From an uncultured Planctomycetales bacterium (lineage in GTDB: Bacteria > Omnitrophota > Gorgyraeia > Zapsychrales > JBDRMG01): a stretch of DNA of 52,931 nt. This document shows positions 33,247-42,544 of this stretch, one piece after another. A program made the translations under genes and the position numbers. Location: contig CAYZIY010000012.1 in assembly GCA_964478715.1 (NCBI GenBank), positions 1-52,931 of the forward strand, written 5' to 3'. The notes below the pieces were generated by a model. The model searched no databases and was not told the origin of the DNA. It saw only the letters and a list, made by a program, of their open reading frames with translations. Positions within the stretch are counted from its first letter, which is position 1, and each line of letters starts with the position of its first letter.

Positions 33247-34173
33247 GTGATAGAAATGACAAACGAAAATAACCAGAAAGTCAGAAAGCAACTGCTTAAA
33301 ATCGTTGAGCTGTTTAAAACCGAAAACATACCAAAGGCAATCAAAGAAGTAACTTTCCCGCGCTTTGACGTGCCAGCCAACAAATGGAGCCTAAGTAACA
33401 GGCTCCTTCTTTTTTTTAACGGCTCAAGCGATGCCAGAGGCTTCCAGCAATGGAAGCAGGCAAGCAGGCATGTAAAGAAAGGCTCAAAGGCCGTTTACAT
33501 ACTTGCACCAAACACAAGAAAATATGTGCGCTGCAAATGCGGCCACAAATATTTTCACAAGGACATAGGAAGGAAAAAGGAGCAAGAAAAAATAACGTGC
33601 CCGAAATGCACAACACCTATATTTTTTTCTGAAATAAAAAACTTCGTTTCAGGTTTTAGGTCGGTGCCGGTATTCCGAAAAGAAGACACCGAAGGCCAAA
33701 AGCTCAACTACGAGGAAATAGAGCTTCCCGACCTGCCGCTCTTAGACGTGGCGGAGAAGTGGGGAATCAACGTAACAGCCATATCGTTTCAGGGCTCAGT
33801 CATGGGATATTACAGACCATCAAGCAGAGACATCGCCCTAGCCACGCCGGAAGAAAAAACATTCTTCCACGAACTAGCCCACGCATCACAAGACAGGCTC
33901 GGAATGCTCAGGCAACAAAAGGGAAACAAATTCAACGAAGTGACCGCAGAGCTTGCCGCTTTAGTCCTTGCTGAAATCATGGGACGAGAAAACCCAAACA
34001 CAGGCGCAACCTTTCAATACATCAAGAAGTGTATAGGCACAAATGACAAGGAACAAATAGGAAGATATCTTCTTAGGGTATTGACCAGCACAGAAAAAAT
34101 AGTGAACAACATCATAGAAGAAACAGGGAAATACATACGAAACCCAACAGAACCAACACCAATGGAGGCATGA
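33247..34173 (+). CDS. ArdC-like antirestriction protein (ssDNA-binding N-domain + HExxH metallopeptidase) with inserted zinc ribbon
   Basis: The ArdC-N-like region is WSLSNRLLLFFNGSSDARGFQQWKQASRHVKKGSKAVYILAP. The insert is CKCGH...CPKC. The C-terminal metallopeptidase motif is FFHELAHA. Confidence 0.7.
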   Translation: MIEMTNENNQKVRKQLLKIVELFKTENIPKAIKEVTFPRFDVPANKWSLSNRLLLFFNGSSDARGFQQWKQASRHVKKGSKAVYILAPNTRKYVRCKCGHKYFHKDIGRKKEQEKITCPKCTTPIFFSEIKNFVSGFRSVPVFRKEDTEGQKLNYEEIELPDLPLLDVAEKWGINVTAISFQGSVMGYYRPSSRDIALATPEEKTFFHELAHASQDRLGMLRQQKGNKFNEVTAELAALVLAEIMGRENPNTGATFQYIKKCIGTNDKEQIGRYLLRVLTSTEKIVNNIIEETGKYIRNPTEPTPMEA

Positions 34174-34177
34174 AAAA

Positions 34178-34441
34178 ATGAAACACGAAAAACAAAGAAT
34201 TTATTTGGTCTCAACCCCAATAGCACTAGACGAACAGATAGAAATCCAGACAATAAGCGAAGAAGAAGCCCAAAGAATCGAAGAAGGCGAATCAGAAATT
34301 GAAGACATAGAGACAGCTCTTGATGTCAGGCACTGGGAAAACTTTCAAGAAATAAGGCCGACAGAGCAAAACATAGAAATATTAAAAGAGCTAATCCGAA
34401 ACCTAGAAAAGCAACAAGAATTAAGGAGGCAAACAAAATGA
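34178..34441 (+). CDS. hypothetical acidic protein
   Basis: 87-aa ORF, tightly packed after the ArdC-like gene. Confidence 0.4.
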   Translation: MKHEKQRIYLVSTPIALDEQIEIQTISEEEAQRIEEGESEIEDIETALDVRHWENFQEIRPTEQNIEILKELIRNLEKQQELRRQTK

Positions 34442-34683
34442 GCAGAAACGCAGGATGTTTTCCAGACGCCGAAAGAAGAGAAGTAAAAAACTCAAAACAT
34501 GGAGCAGCGGAAGTTTCAGCAAAAGACATGGAAAAATATGACTGGTCAAAAAAAATCCTTATCAGCGTAGGAAAAAAATGGGTTTACTACCGAGTCCCAA
34601 AAAAAGAGACAGGGAAAATTGAACCAGTTAAACTATTCTACGACCCCATGTATGACTGGGAATTTGAACACGAAAAATACTGA
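34438..34683 (+). CDS. hypothetical protein
   Basis: 81-aa ORF with an ATGA overlap with the upstream ORF. Confidence 0.4.
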   Translation: MSRNAGCFPDAERREVKNSKHGAAEVSAKDMEKYDWSKKILISVGKKWVYYRVPKKETGKIEPVKLFYDPMYDWEFEHEKY

Positions 34684-34685
34684 AG

Positions 34686-34958
34686 CTACCTAACGACCTG
34701 CTTCATGGTCTGAAGGTATTGGTCAATTTTTTCTTTTCTTTTTGTAAGCTCCTTAATCCTTTCCTTGATTGTGTCAACGCTCACAAGAAAACCCTCGCCT
34801 GCTTGCTTCTTCACAGAGTAGGCATTCAGGTTCCCCGCAACGCTCTTAGAACCAAGAGCCAGCGAAAGAGTGGACAGGTCAGGGCAAAAAACAGTCCGCC
34901 CTATTCTTTTTATCCCGACAGCTATCAATTTCTCGCAAGCTTTATTTTGATTCGTCAT
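34686..34958 (-). CDS. hypothetical protein (second gene of a two-gene leftward pair)
   Basis: 90-aa ORF with a 4-nt overlap with 34955-35173. Confidence 0.4.
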   Translation of the reverse strand: MTNQNKACEKLIAVGIKRIGRTVFCPDLSTLSLALGSKSVAGNLNAYSVKKQAGEGFLVSVDTIKERIKELTKRKEKIDQYLQTMKQVVR

Positions 34959-35173
34959 TTTAGCAAAGCCCTCAATTCTTCCAGCGTAAAAGAAGAATCG
35001 TCCCCCGGATTATTTTTTAAGTAATCCCAAAAATCCTTATAAGCCGTCCCAAAAACTTCGTTTGAGTCATCAACAAAACCCTGCTCGCCAGCAACAAACA
35101 GCTTAACTCCCGCATTATTAGAATGCGTCCTAAAAAACATCAAAACATCGCTATTATGCAAATGACCAACCAT
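34955..35173 (-). CDS. hypothetical protein (first gene of a two-gene leftward pair)
   Basis: 72-aa ORF. Confidence 0.4.
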   Translation of the reverse strand: MVGHLHNSDVLMFFRTHSNNAGVKLFVAGEQGFVDDSNEVFGTAYKDFWDYLKNNPGDDSSFTLEELRALLK

Positions 35174-35320
35174 AATTCATCACCAATAAAAGAAAAAGGA
35201 AAGGGGCTATAAATACCTTTGTAGCCAAGAGCGACTACAAATAAATAATCCTAACTATCTAACAATAAAGAAATTATGAAATACTAACGATATTTTTGTA
35301 AAATATTTTCTTCGAAACAC

Positions 35321-35349
35321 TTGACAACGCACTATAGTGCGTGTATACT
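35321..35349 (+). promoter_or_regulatory. sigma70 promoter with a 16-bp perfect palindrome filling the spacer
   Basis: TTGACA (35321-26), then ACGCACTATAGTGCGT (35327-42), then G, then TATACT (35344-49). The RBS GGAGAAAG and the ATG at 35374 lie downstream. Confidence 0.6.
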
Positions 35350-35373
35350 TACATCAGATAGGAGAAAGAAACC

Positions 35374-36096
35374 ATGAAAGAAGTCGCAGAAATATTGGCG
35401 CAAACAGGAATCACCATAGGAATGTTTAACCGCTACAAAGCAATGGGGCTTGTCAGCAAATACTCAAAGAAAACAAGCACACCCGGAAAAAGCGGAGGCG
35501 GATTCAAGTATTACTATGAAAACAAAGTGATTGACGAAATTCACATGGTAAGAAAAAAATGCGAAGCAGGAATCAGCCTTCCCCAACAGCAAAGAGAGAA
35601 ATGGGAAATAGAAAGAACTCTTTCTTTGGCAGATATGAAAGTTGAGCATGTCAAGCATGTTGATAATGAAGCAATGCCACAAAAAACTGAAGAGGAAGCA
35701 CAAGAGCTATTAGACACTGTTTTTGAAGGATTTTACGGAGACTCTGCGAAAAAGGACATATCGGCAATAAAAATGATAAAGATGATAAAGCTATTGGAAG
35801 AGATTGACCAGATTTGGAAGGAAGGAAAAATTGAGAACAAGGAAATGTTGGTTAAAATAAAGAAAGATAAAGATGGCAATTGGCTAGCTGAACATGTATG
35901 TCCTGAAAAAAAGAAAGCCCCTGAGGTCAGCACTTCTCGTGCATTAGTTAAAGTTTCAGATGAAGATGCATTATTAAATAACCTTAAGCAACATTTAATC
36001 CCAACAAATCGGGAAAGAATTGTTGTTAAAGCGATACTTGAAGAGGTTACTCGAAATCCAGAAAAGTACATACACAAAAAGGCGGGTAAGAAGTAA
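35374..36096 (+). CDS. protein with N-terminal MerR-like HTH, remainder unknown
   Basis: MKEVAEILAQTGITIGMFNRYKAMGLV resembles a MerR-type HTH. A Lys/Glu-rich region follows. Confidence 0.5.
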   Translation: MKEVAEILAQTGITIGMFNRYKAMGLVSKYSKKTSTPGKSGGGFKYYYENKVIDEIHMVRKKCEAGISLPQQQREKWEIERTLSLADMKVEHVKHVDNEAMPQKTEEEAQELLDTVFEGFYGDSAKKDISAIKMIKMIKLLEEIDQIWKEGKIENKEMLVKIKKDKDGNWLAEHVCPEKKKAPEVSTSRALVKVSDEDALLNNLKQHLIPTNRERIVVKAILEEVTRNPEKYIHKKAGKK

Positions 36097-36284
36097 TGAA
36101 CAGAGACCCTAATAAAATCTTAAAACTTTTGCTCGAAGAAAGCTCAGGCGAAATAAATTCGGCGTTCGAACTGTCTATGAACGGATATCAAACCGTCGTA
36201 GAAATAAAAATACTGCCGAAATGCCGAGCCTTCTTCGTAGAATCAAACAAAAGCAAGAGAAGGAGCTTCGAAAAAGAAAAATAA
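36096..36284 (+). CDS. small hypothetical protein
   Basis: 62-aa ORF. Its start overlaps the upstream stop (TAATG). Confidence 0.35.
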   Translation: MNRDPNKILKLLLEESSGEINSAFELSMNGYQTVVEIKILPKCRAFFVESNKSKRRSFEKEK

Positions 36285-36333
36285 CAGATAAGACAAAAAA
36301 TAAGTAAAAAAGTCTGGAACTTACCGACAAAGG

Positions 36334-36395
36334 AACGCCAGATTTGCACAAAACCGAAATAATCCTCGGTGAAGATGTGCAGGTCTGGCGTTTTT
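36334..36395 (+). terminator. long compound hairpin + T-run (terminator)
   Basis: AACGCCAGA (36334-42) pairs with TCTGGCGTT (36384-92). Inner GCACA/TGTGC and CCGA/TCGG pairs add to the stem. TTTTT follows. Confidence 0.55.
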
Positions 36396-36491
36396 AATTA
36401 ACAGAAAAACGCACAAAAAACGAAAGGAGCAATCAAATTAGAAGAAATGAGAGAAGAAATGAATTCAGGCATAAAAAAAAGGGAATATTAA

Positions 36492-37052
36492 ATGCAAGTT
36501 GTTAAGTTTTTCGTTGAACTCACTCAGGTGGTGATTTTTACGGGCAAACCTGTTGCGAGGCTTGCCCTCATCCCAGTCCGGTCTGTTGATGAGCGGGAAA
36601 GCTCAATCAGGGCAGTTTGCGACTTCTGGAGACAAGTTTCTCTTCCCGTTGAGGCCAGCGGAGTCATTGCGTTTCAAAACGCTGTACTGACATCAGAGAT
36701 AAGAACGCAGAATACTGACCTGATTCGGCTTGTTCATAAAGTCAAAGGAACAGATAAGCCTGTTTTGGATGTTCTCTTAATGTTTTTTTATGACCTTGAG
36801 CCTTGCAGTTTTCCGCAGGAAATGGCGAAAGTCTATGATGTTGAGAAGTCTTTGCCCCTGTCAAGTTTTGAGGATAACAAAACATGCATAGAGGCATCAC
36901 CAATATACAGCAGATTCGAAATACAGCACATGGAAAATCCATACATCAGACATAGTTACAGGATGGAACATTCGTCCGGAAGAGACGCCATAGCAACCAT
37001 GGAAATACAAAAAACAATACAGGATAAATTCGCATATTCAACCGTAATTTAA
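36492..37052 (+). CDS. hypothetical protein (distant paralogue of 37324-37950)
   Basis: 186-aa ORF. It shares the segment FQNAVLTSEIRTQNTDLIRLVHKV with FQNKVNRCELRTHGSKQIILMHRI in the other ORF. Confidence 0.5.
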   Translation: MQVVKFFVELTQVVIFTGKPVARLALIPVRSVDERESSIRAVCDFWRQVSLPVEASGVIAFQNAVLTSEIRTQNTDLIRLVHKVKGTDKPVLDVLLMFFYDLEPCSFPQEMAKVYDVEKSLPLSSFEDNKTCIEASPIYSRFEIQHMENPYIRHSYRMEHSSGRDAIATMEIQKTIQDKFAYSTVI

Positions 37053-37068
37053 GGAAAGAGAGCGAGAA

Positions 37069-37320
37069 ATGATTGACGAAAATAAGTTACTTCAAAAAAT
37101 TAAAAACACATACGGACAAGACGACCCCTTGTTGCAAAAGGGCTACTTGACCGTGTTCGACATCAACAACCTAGGTAGAAACGCTATCGCCGTGCATACA
37201 ATACAGCAAAACGTCAGCCTCGCAGTCATTCAGCAGGGAAGCTTAACAACTTATGTATATAGGCGGGTCATCAAAGGCAAAACAATGTGGGCAATCAATA
37301 AACTAAGAAAGGATGAATAA
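37069..37320 (+). CDS. hypothetical protein
   Basis: 83-aa ORF between the two paralogues. Confidence 0.4.
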   Translation: MIDENKLLQKIKNTYGQDDPLLQKGYLTVFDINNLGRNAIAVHTIQQNVSLAVIQQGSLTTYVYRRVIKGKTMWAINKLRKDE

Positions 37321-37323
37321 ATC

Positions 37324-37950
37324 ATGGACAAAATTTATGAAATCACAATGGGCATTGCGACACAAACACATACTAGAAGGCTTCCTGTTATTCGCAGAGA
37401 AAAGATTATCATCGAATCAAGGTCTCAATGTGAAGAAGTTGCCGACTGGATGGGGCTTATGTTCCTTGAGATATGTCAAAACATTGCTCCATACGAATAC
37501 GTTGAATTTCAAAACAAAGTTAACCGTTGCGAATTAAGAACTCATGGATCAAAGCAAATAATATTGATGCACAGAATTGAGTCAATAAAAAAATATTCTG
37601 TAGACATAAGATTCGACCTTGAATACAAGTTTGAACCAGCAAATATTTCATACGAATACCGCAAAGTATGTGATTGCTTCTCGTTTCACCCAAGACGATA
37701 CCTTGATTACTACAGTACAGGATGGCCTTCAGGAATATATGCGCCTGTATATCACATCCAAAATGAAAAAGTAAAACCTGTAAATACTTTTGCCAATAGA
37801 GCACAACCGAAAGATTGCGGGTACATAGAACCTATTGAAATTGAAGAACATGTCAGAGTTAAATTCCGATCAATCAAATGTGTATATTCGTGGCCTTCTC
37901 TTGTAGATATAGAATTTGATAAGTCAAACAAATTGAAAAAAGGATATTAA
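37324..37950 (+). CDS. hypothetical protein (distant paralogue of 36492-37052)
   Basis: 208-aa ORF. See the paralogue note at 36492-37052. Confidence 0.5.
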   Translation: MDKIYEITMGIATQTHTRRLPVIRREKIIIESRSQCEEVADWMGLMFLEICQNIAPYEYVEFQNKVNRCELRTHGSKQIILMHRIESIKKYSVDIRFDLEYKFEPANISYEYRKVCDCFSFHPRRYLDYYSTGWPSGIYAPVYHIQNEKVKPVNTFANRAQPKDCGYIEPIEIEEHVRVKFRSIKCVYSWPSLVDIEFDKSNKLKKGY

Positions 37951-37956
37951 AAAAAC

Positions 37957-38835
37957 ATGAGTTTTAATATTACTGAAAGAGATAAAAAGATGTTATCAGC
38001 GATGGCAGAGCTAGGGATGCTTACAAACGAGCAAGTCCGAAAGCTCTGCTATCCAGACACGGAATACGGAGACAAATGCTCCCGAAGACGCACGCTTTTA
38101 TTTCAGAAATCTAGACTTCTTGTCTCGTTTTCGAGAAAGCGGGGCGTAGGCAGGAAGCAGAAAGTTTTTGCTATCAACAAAAGAAAGAAGAGTCAAGTGG
38201 CAGACTTGATATGCAAAGATGAAATTCTGTGTGCTGATCCAAAGTCAACTATGCACCTTGAGCACCAGCTAGAAATAAACAATTTTGCAATAGCAGTAAT
38301 TAATGCTTGCGAAAAAAACGACAAGTATAAGAGCGAGATGATTTCTGATTTAAGAGGAGCAATGAACAGCAAATCACCTAAAAAAATGATTTCCGAAACC
38401 GAATATCTCCCATACGTCGGCAGAGTATCGTTCATCCCGGACTTGTCGCTTTGCATTGAGAACACTGAGGCAAAAAAGAAGGCCTTGATGTTTTGTGAAA
38501 TCGACAGGGACAACCTGACATTGAGAAGAATTTCAGGCAGTAACAAAAACGTGGAAACCAAGCTGTCGGCATATAACAATTTTTGGGAATCACAAAACTT
38601 TAAGCGATATGACGAGATATTTGGCTATTCTTTTTCCGGGTTTAAGCTTCTGTGGGTATGTCTTACAAAGAAGAGGATAGATGACATTTTGGGGTTATGC
38701 CAGAAGCAGGATGTGGGTCTTCCGATTTGGTTTTCGACGACAAAAGAAGTATATGAAAAGGGTGCTTTTGCAAAAGTATGGACAAGGTATCCGCATAATG
38801 CGGGAAAAACAAGCATCGTTAAGGAGGCTAAGTGA
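37957..38835 (+). CDS. replication-relaxation family protein
   Basis: The N-terminal ITERDKKMLSAMAELGMLTNEQVRKLCYP motif is typical of Pfam Replic_Relax as I recall it. Confidence 0.7.
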   Translation: MSFNITERDKKMLSAMAELGMLTNEQVRKLCYPDTEYGDKCSRRRTLLFQKSRLLVSFSRKRGVGRKQKVFAINKRKKSQVADLICKDEILCADPKSTMHLEHQLEINNFAIAVINACEKNDKYKSEMISDLRGAMNSKSPKKMISETEYLPYVGRVSFIPDLSLCIENTEAKKKALMFCEIDRDNLTLRRISGSNKNVETKLSAYNNFWESQNFKRYDEIFGYSFSGFKLLWVCLTKKRIDDILGLCQKQDVGLPIWFSTTKEVYEKGAFAKVWTRYPHNAGKTSIVKEAK

Positions 38836-40151
38836 ATCCTTATAATTCGGCTAATAAATTTATGATTAATGAATTTGTAAAAGACAGCATGTCGTTTATG
38901 AAACAGGCGAGCTATGTCTCTGAAGGATTCAAAGGATGCTCGCCGCAAATCAGCGATACGCCTGTAAAGATTGAGCCATATTTTACGCCTTATAGCCTGA
39001 TGGATTTCGGAAAGAACCCGATGAACAAAGAGGATGTTCCAATATGTGTTCCTGCTGATGAGGAAGTTGAGTTGCAATACATCAAAGTATGGTTTTCAAA
39101 GAATCCTTATACACAGAATTCGCATAGTGAAATAAAACAGTCATTCATTAATCAATTATGCGGGTCATGCAAACAAATTAGGATACATGTTGGTGGGAAT
39201 AGTAGAGAAATATCATTCGTGATTGGCGTAAGAAGGGAAGATGTTTTTTGCGCAAAAAACGCAATCTTATCAGCTTTTCAGGACAGCGAAATTGAGACAT
39301 TGCCGACTGATTATTTAAAAAATCAGATTCTTTGTGGGGATGGCGAATTGTTTTTTGTTGAATATTTTACACCTGTTCCATATTGGGGAAGTTTAACGCT
39401 TATAAATCAACAAGTAGAAACTCCGCTTTTTCAGGCTATAAGCACAGGCCTTACACGTTCTGAGTATGCATTCTTTGACGTGATTACGACGCCTTGTGAA
39501 GGCGATTGGAATAATAATATTTACAGCTTGAGTATTGCAGAAAAGCAGGGAGGCGTGCCGGTTCATGTGATAAGAGATTGGAAACAGGCAGGATTCGGGG
39601 GAGGACATTCAGATAAAGTTTTTCAGAAAGTCAACCTCCCTATCCTTGCGACACTAATCAGAGTCGGAGCTGTGTGCAAGAAGAATAAAAGGGCAAACGT
39701 GCTTAGAAGCATGTCTCAGGGGCTTAACTCTGCGTTTTGGAGAGGGCAAAGATTAAGTCACATTAAAGGTGAAGACTATAAGAAAGTTCTGGGACAGGAC
39801 GGGATGCTTGAGATGGTTGTTAAGGCAAAAAGCTATAGGGCGGGAAGTCTTTTTTCCCTTGATGAGTTATCGTCGCTGATACCGATTCCGCTTCCGCATG
39901 ACATTATGGAAGGAAGGTATGGGATATCAACGTCTACGCAAAAGTTTTCCAAGAGCCTTTCTGGCTCAGATGGTGTTTTTGTTGGCGACATTATGCTTGC
40001 AGGAAAAACCAAGCCATATTTCCTGAGTGATTCTTATAGGGCGAGAGGCATTGAAATCAGAGGAACTATCGGTTCTGGAAAATCGAATCAGATTGTCCAA
40101 ATGTTTCTCAGCGATATAGAGAGAAGAAAAAGACTGGCTGGAAAGGAATAG
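38832..40151 (+). CDS. coupling-protein-like P-loop ATPase, N-terminal part (ends just after Walker A)
   Basis: GTG start with a strong RBS AAGGAGG. Walker A GTIGSGKSNQIV lies ~25 aa before the stop. Confidence 0.5.
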   Translation: MNPYNSANKFMINEFVKDSMSFMKQASYVSEGFKGCSPQISDTPVKIEPYFTPYSLMDFGKNPMNKEDVPICVPADEEVELQYIKVWFSKNPYTQNSHSEIKQSFINQLCGSCKQIRIHVGGNSREISFVIGVRREDVFCAKNAILSAFQDSEIETLPTDYLKNQILCGDGELFFVEYFTPVPYWGSLTLINQQVETPLFQAISTGLTRSEYAFFDVITTPCEGDWNNNIYSLSIAEKQGGVPVHVIRDWKQAGFGGGHSDKVFQKVNLPILATLIRVGAVCKKNKRANVLRSMSQGLNSAFWRGQRLSHIKGEDYKKVLGQDGMLEMVVKAKSYRAGSLFSLDELSSLIPIPLPHDIMEGRYGISTSTQKFSKSLSGSDGVFVGDIMLAGKTKPYFLSDSYRARGIEIRGTIGSGKSNQIVQMFLSDIERRKRLAGKE

Positions 40152-40158
40152 CGCTGTC

Positions 40159-41334
40159 ATGAAAAAGAAATTCAAAACTATGTCAGTAATACTCTTTGAA
40201 ATGGGCAAAGACGCCTATTCTAAATGTCTTAACGGGCTTAGCGCCTATGAGGCAAAGCATGTTGACCTATTTGACCCGACCATTAAAGCATATGCTCCGG
40301 CGTACAACCCTGTCTATTTATCCGAAAACGATAATATTGATAAAAAGGTCGATAGCAGGACAGGGCATATGGAAAGCCAGTATTCAAAGAATGAATGGAG
40401 TGGAAATATTGGCTATATCCACAGGAATGCTTTTCACCTTTTATTTTCTAATCCCGAAGCTGTACTTCTCGATATAAGGAAGGTTTTGTCAGAAGGTAAA
40501 GAAGGCAATCTGTTTAGAGAGGAGTCCTTGAGGTATGTAAAAAACCCTGAGGTGCATAAATTTTGGACGACTGATTTCCCTAATATGGATAAATCAGTTA
40601 AGAGAATTGCTTTGAGAAAACTCACGGCGTTTTTTGTTGATAGCAGAGTTCAGAATATATTCAGCATTAAGGAAAACAAGTTCGATATGGAAAGAATCAT
40701 GAATAGCGGAAGGATCAATCTTTGTACATTCTCTGAAGGCTCGATAGGGGCGCATCCGGCAGGATTTCTTGCGGGATGCTTGTTTGATGACATAAATTCG
40801 GCGGCCAAATCAAGAAACGAATGGTCAGAAGAGGAAAGAAAGCTTCACCCTGTATCGTTTTACTTTGACGAATTTTTCAGAAGTGCTCCAAAAGCATTTG
40901 AATCCGCAGTTGTCGCTCTCAGAAAATATGAGATATGGCTCACCTTGTCGTATCACTTTGAAGAGCAACTCAGCGACGAGTTAAAAGCTGGTTTAAGAAA
41001 TCTCGGTTCAGTAATTGCGCTTAAACAAAGCTATCGTCAGGCAAAAAACCATGCGCACCCACAATTCCTAGGCAAAGTCGACTCGAACGAATTCATGACG
41101 CTTCAGCCGGGCGAAGGTTTCGGGATGACGCCCGATTCAGGCATCCTCAAGTTTAAATCACGCTATCAAGAAGGAGAAGGTTATGAGTCTGACGTTGCAA
41201 AAAGGATTATACAGAGAAACCTCGAAACAAATTACGTAAAAATCGAAGACATTGAAAAAGCGAGAGCCGAAAAAGAGCACAAATCGAAAACGAAAGAGCG
41301 GAAGCTCCTAGAACTCGGAAAGGACGATGTGTAA
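40159..41334 (+). CDS. coupling-protein-like ATPase, C-terminal part (Walker B region)
   Basis: SVILFEMGKDAY resembles the 'vv.D.kGd' segment that follows Walker A in TraD/VirD4-like proteins. FYFDEFFRSAP is Walker B-like. The frame differs from the upstream ORF. Confidence 0.5.
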   Translation: MKKKFKTMSVILFEMGKDAYSKCLNGLSAYEAKHVDLFDPTIKAYAPAYNPVYLSENDNIDKKVDSRTGHMESQYSKNEWSGNIGYIHRNAFHLLFSNPEAVLLDIRKVLSEGKEGNLFREESLRYVKNPEVHKFWTTDFPNMDKSVKRIALRKLTAFFVDSRVQNIFSIKENKFDMERIMNSGRINLCTFSEGSIGAHPAGFLAGCLFDDINSAAKSRNEWSEEERKLHPVSFYFDEFFRSAPKAFESAVVALRKYEIWLTLSYHFEEQLSDELKAGLRNLGSVIALKQSYRQAKNHAHPQFLGKVDSNEFMTLQPGEGFGMTPDSGILKFKSRYQEGEGYESDVAKRIIQRNLETNYVKIEDIEKARAEKEHKSKTKERKLLELGKDDV

Positions 41335-41933
41335 TGAAATACTCTGAAGGATTCCTTGAGTTTCTTAACAAAAAATACGGAGCCAATACTGTTTCTAAGT
41401 TTGAGGCAATGTTTTCAGAAATCGACCCGGAAGTGATCGCTTTAGAAGTCGATGAAGTGCATAGGCAGGCATTTTGCAGAAACGACATCAAAAGCGAGAT
41501 AGGATCGGCAAAAGATTTCTACGAATCGCTCGGTGGGTTCTATCAGCGACAATGCCTCTTGGTAGGGAAATATGTGCCGGAGAGCCTTGACGAATGCATT
41601 GAGGAAGCAAAACAGTATCTCGGAAACCAAGCTTATTCAGCATTTAAAAACGCCCTTGATAATGAGGGCGACGGGTTTTATGGGATATGCGAAAAGATAA
41701 TGCACGCTCTTCTGAGCGAAGCAAGGATTGGGTTTATCAAGTCAAAAATAAGGACACATCTCAGCATGTGCTCTTATCAAGAAAAAGCCATATTTGCAGA
41801 ATACCTCGTTGAGACAAGGATGAGGGAAGGCGGGAAAGAAAAAAAGAAGACGGCAGTTATTAACATCGCTCAGGATATTGATTTCTGGGCGAAGACATAT
41901 GTAGAAATGGTTGAGAAACATAGACACGGATAA
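41334..41933 (+). CDS. hypothetical protein
   Basis: 199-aa ORF with a TAATG overlap with the upstream gene. Confidence 0.45.
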   Translation: MKYSEGFLEFLNKKYGANTVSKFEAMFSEIDPEVIALEVDEVHRQAFCRNDIKSEIGSAKDFYESLGGFYQRQCLLVGKYVPESLDECIEEAKQYLGNQAYSAFKNALDNEGDGFYGICEKIMHALLSEARIGFIKSKIRTHLSMCSYQEKAIFAEYLVETRMREGGKEKKKTAVINIAQDIDFWAKTYVEMVEKHRHG

Positions 41934-41959
41934 ATAAACCAGAGAGGGGGTGAGGAACC

Positions 41960-42529
41960 GTGGGAGCAAAAAGAGCAATACAAAGACTATTCGTAGAGCA
42001 CGAAATAGCAAGAGAAGTATCAGCAAAATATATCAGGGCAAGAATCGAAATTAACAAAATGCTTCCTGCCAAAGTAACAAGTGAAAAAGAGTTTTACCAG
42101 CTCATAACGAGGATTGTTCAGTTTTATGAAAAAGAAACAGGAGGAATCCCTTCAGGCGACTCATTTGCTTTTCAAAAAGCAGAGCAGATACTTTCACAAT
42201 ATGCCATAGCCGGTATACTTTCGGCTTTCGACGCATCAACAAAACACGTGGAAGGAGGAGTTTTGGGAATAGCCTCGGCTATATGCACAGCAATGAAAAC
42301 CCAAAGCGAAGAGCATCGTTTGGATACGATTTTGCGCCAAGAAATCGGAGATGAATTTAATAGCTTGGAAAGGCTCAAATTCACAGAGGAATACAAAGCA
42401 ATCAAAGGTAGAGGACTTCCAGAAACAATGCAAAACGCAAACCCCGGAGAACTCATCGGGAAAATCAAAGAAGTAATCAAACGAGACCTCCAAATAGCAG
42501 ACACATTTCAAAAGACGTTAGGAATATAA
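41960..42529 (+). CDS. hypothetical protein
   Basis: 189-aa ORF with a GTG start. The GGGGGTGAGG RBS region lies upstream. Confidence 0.45.
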   Translation: MGAKRAIQRLFVEHEIAREVSAKYIRARIEINKMLPAKVTSEKEFYQLITRIVQFYEKETGGIPSGDSFAFQKAEQILSQYAIAGILSAFDASTKHVEGGVLGIASAICTAMKTQSEEHRLDTILRQEIGDEFNSLERLKFTEEYKAIKGRGLPETMQNANPGELIGKIKEVIKRDLQIADTFQKTLGI

Positions 42530-42544
42530 AGAAAGGAGCAGGCC

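Noticed and set aside
33416-34001. Several 60-71-aa ORFs in alternative frames inside the ArdC-like gene
   Set aside because: They are nested within a motif-supported CDS. Their Arg/Cys-rich translations are typical of off-frame reading.
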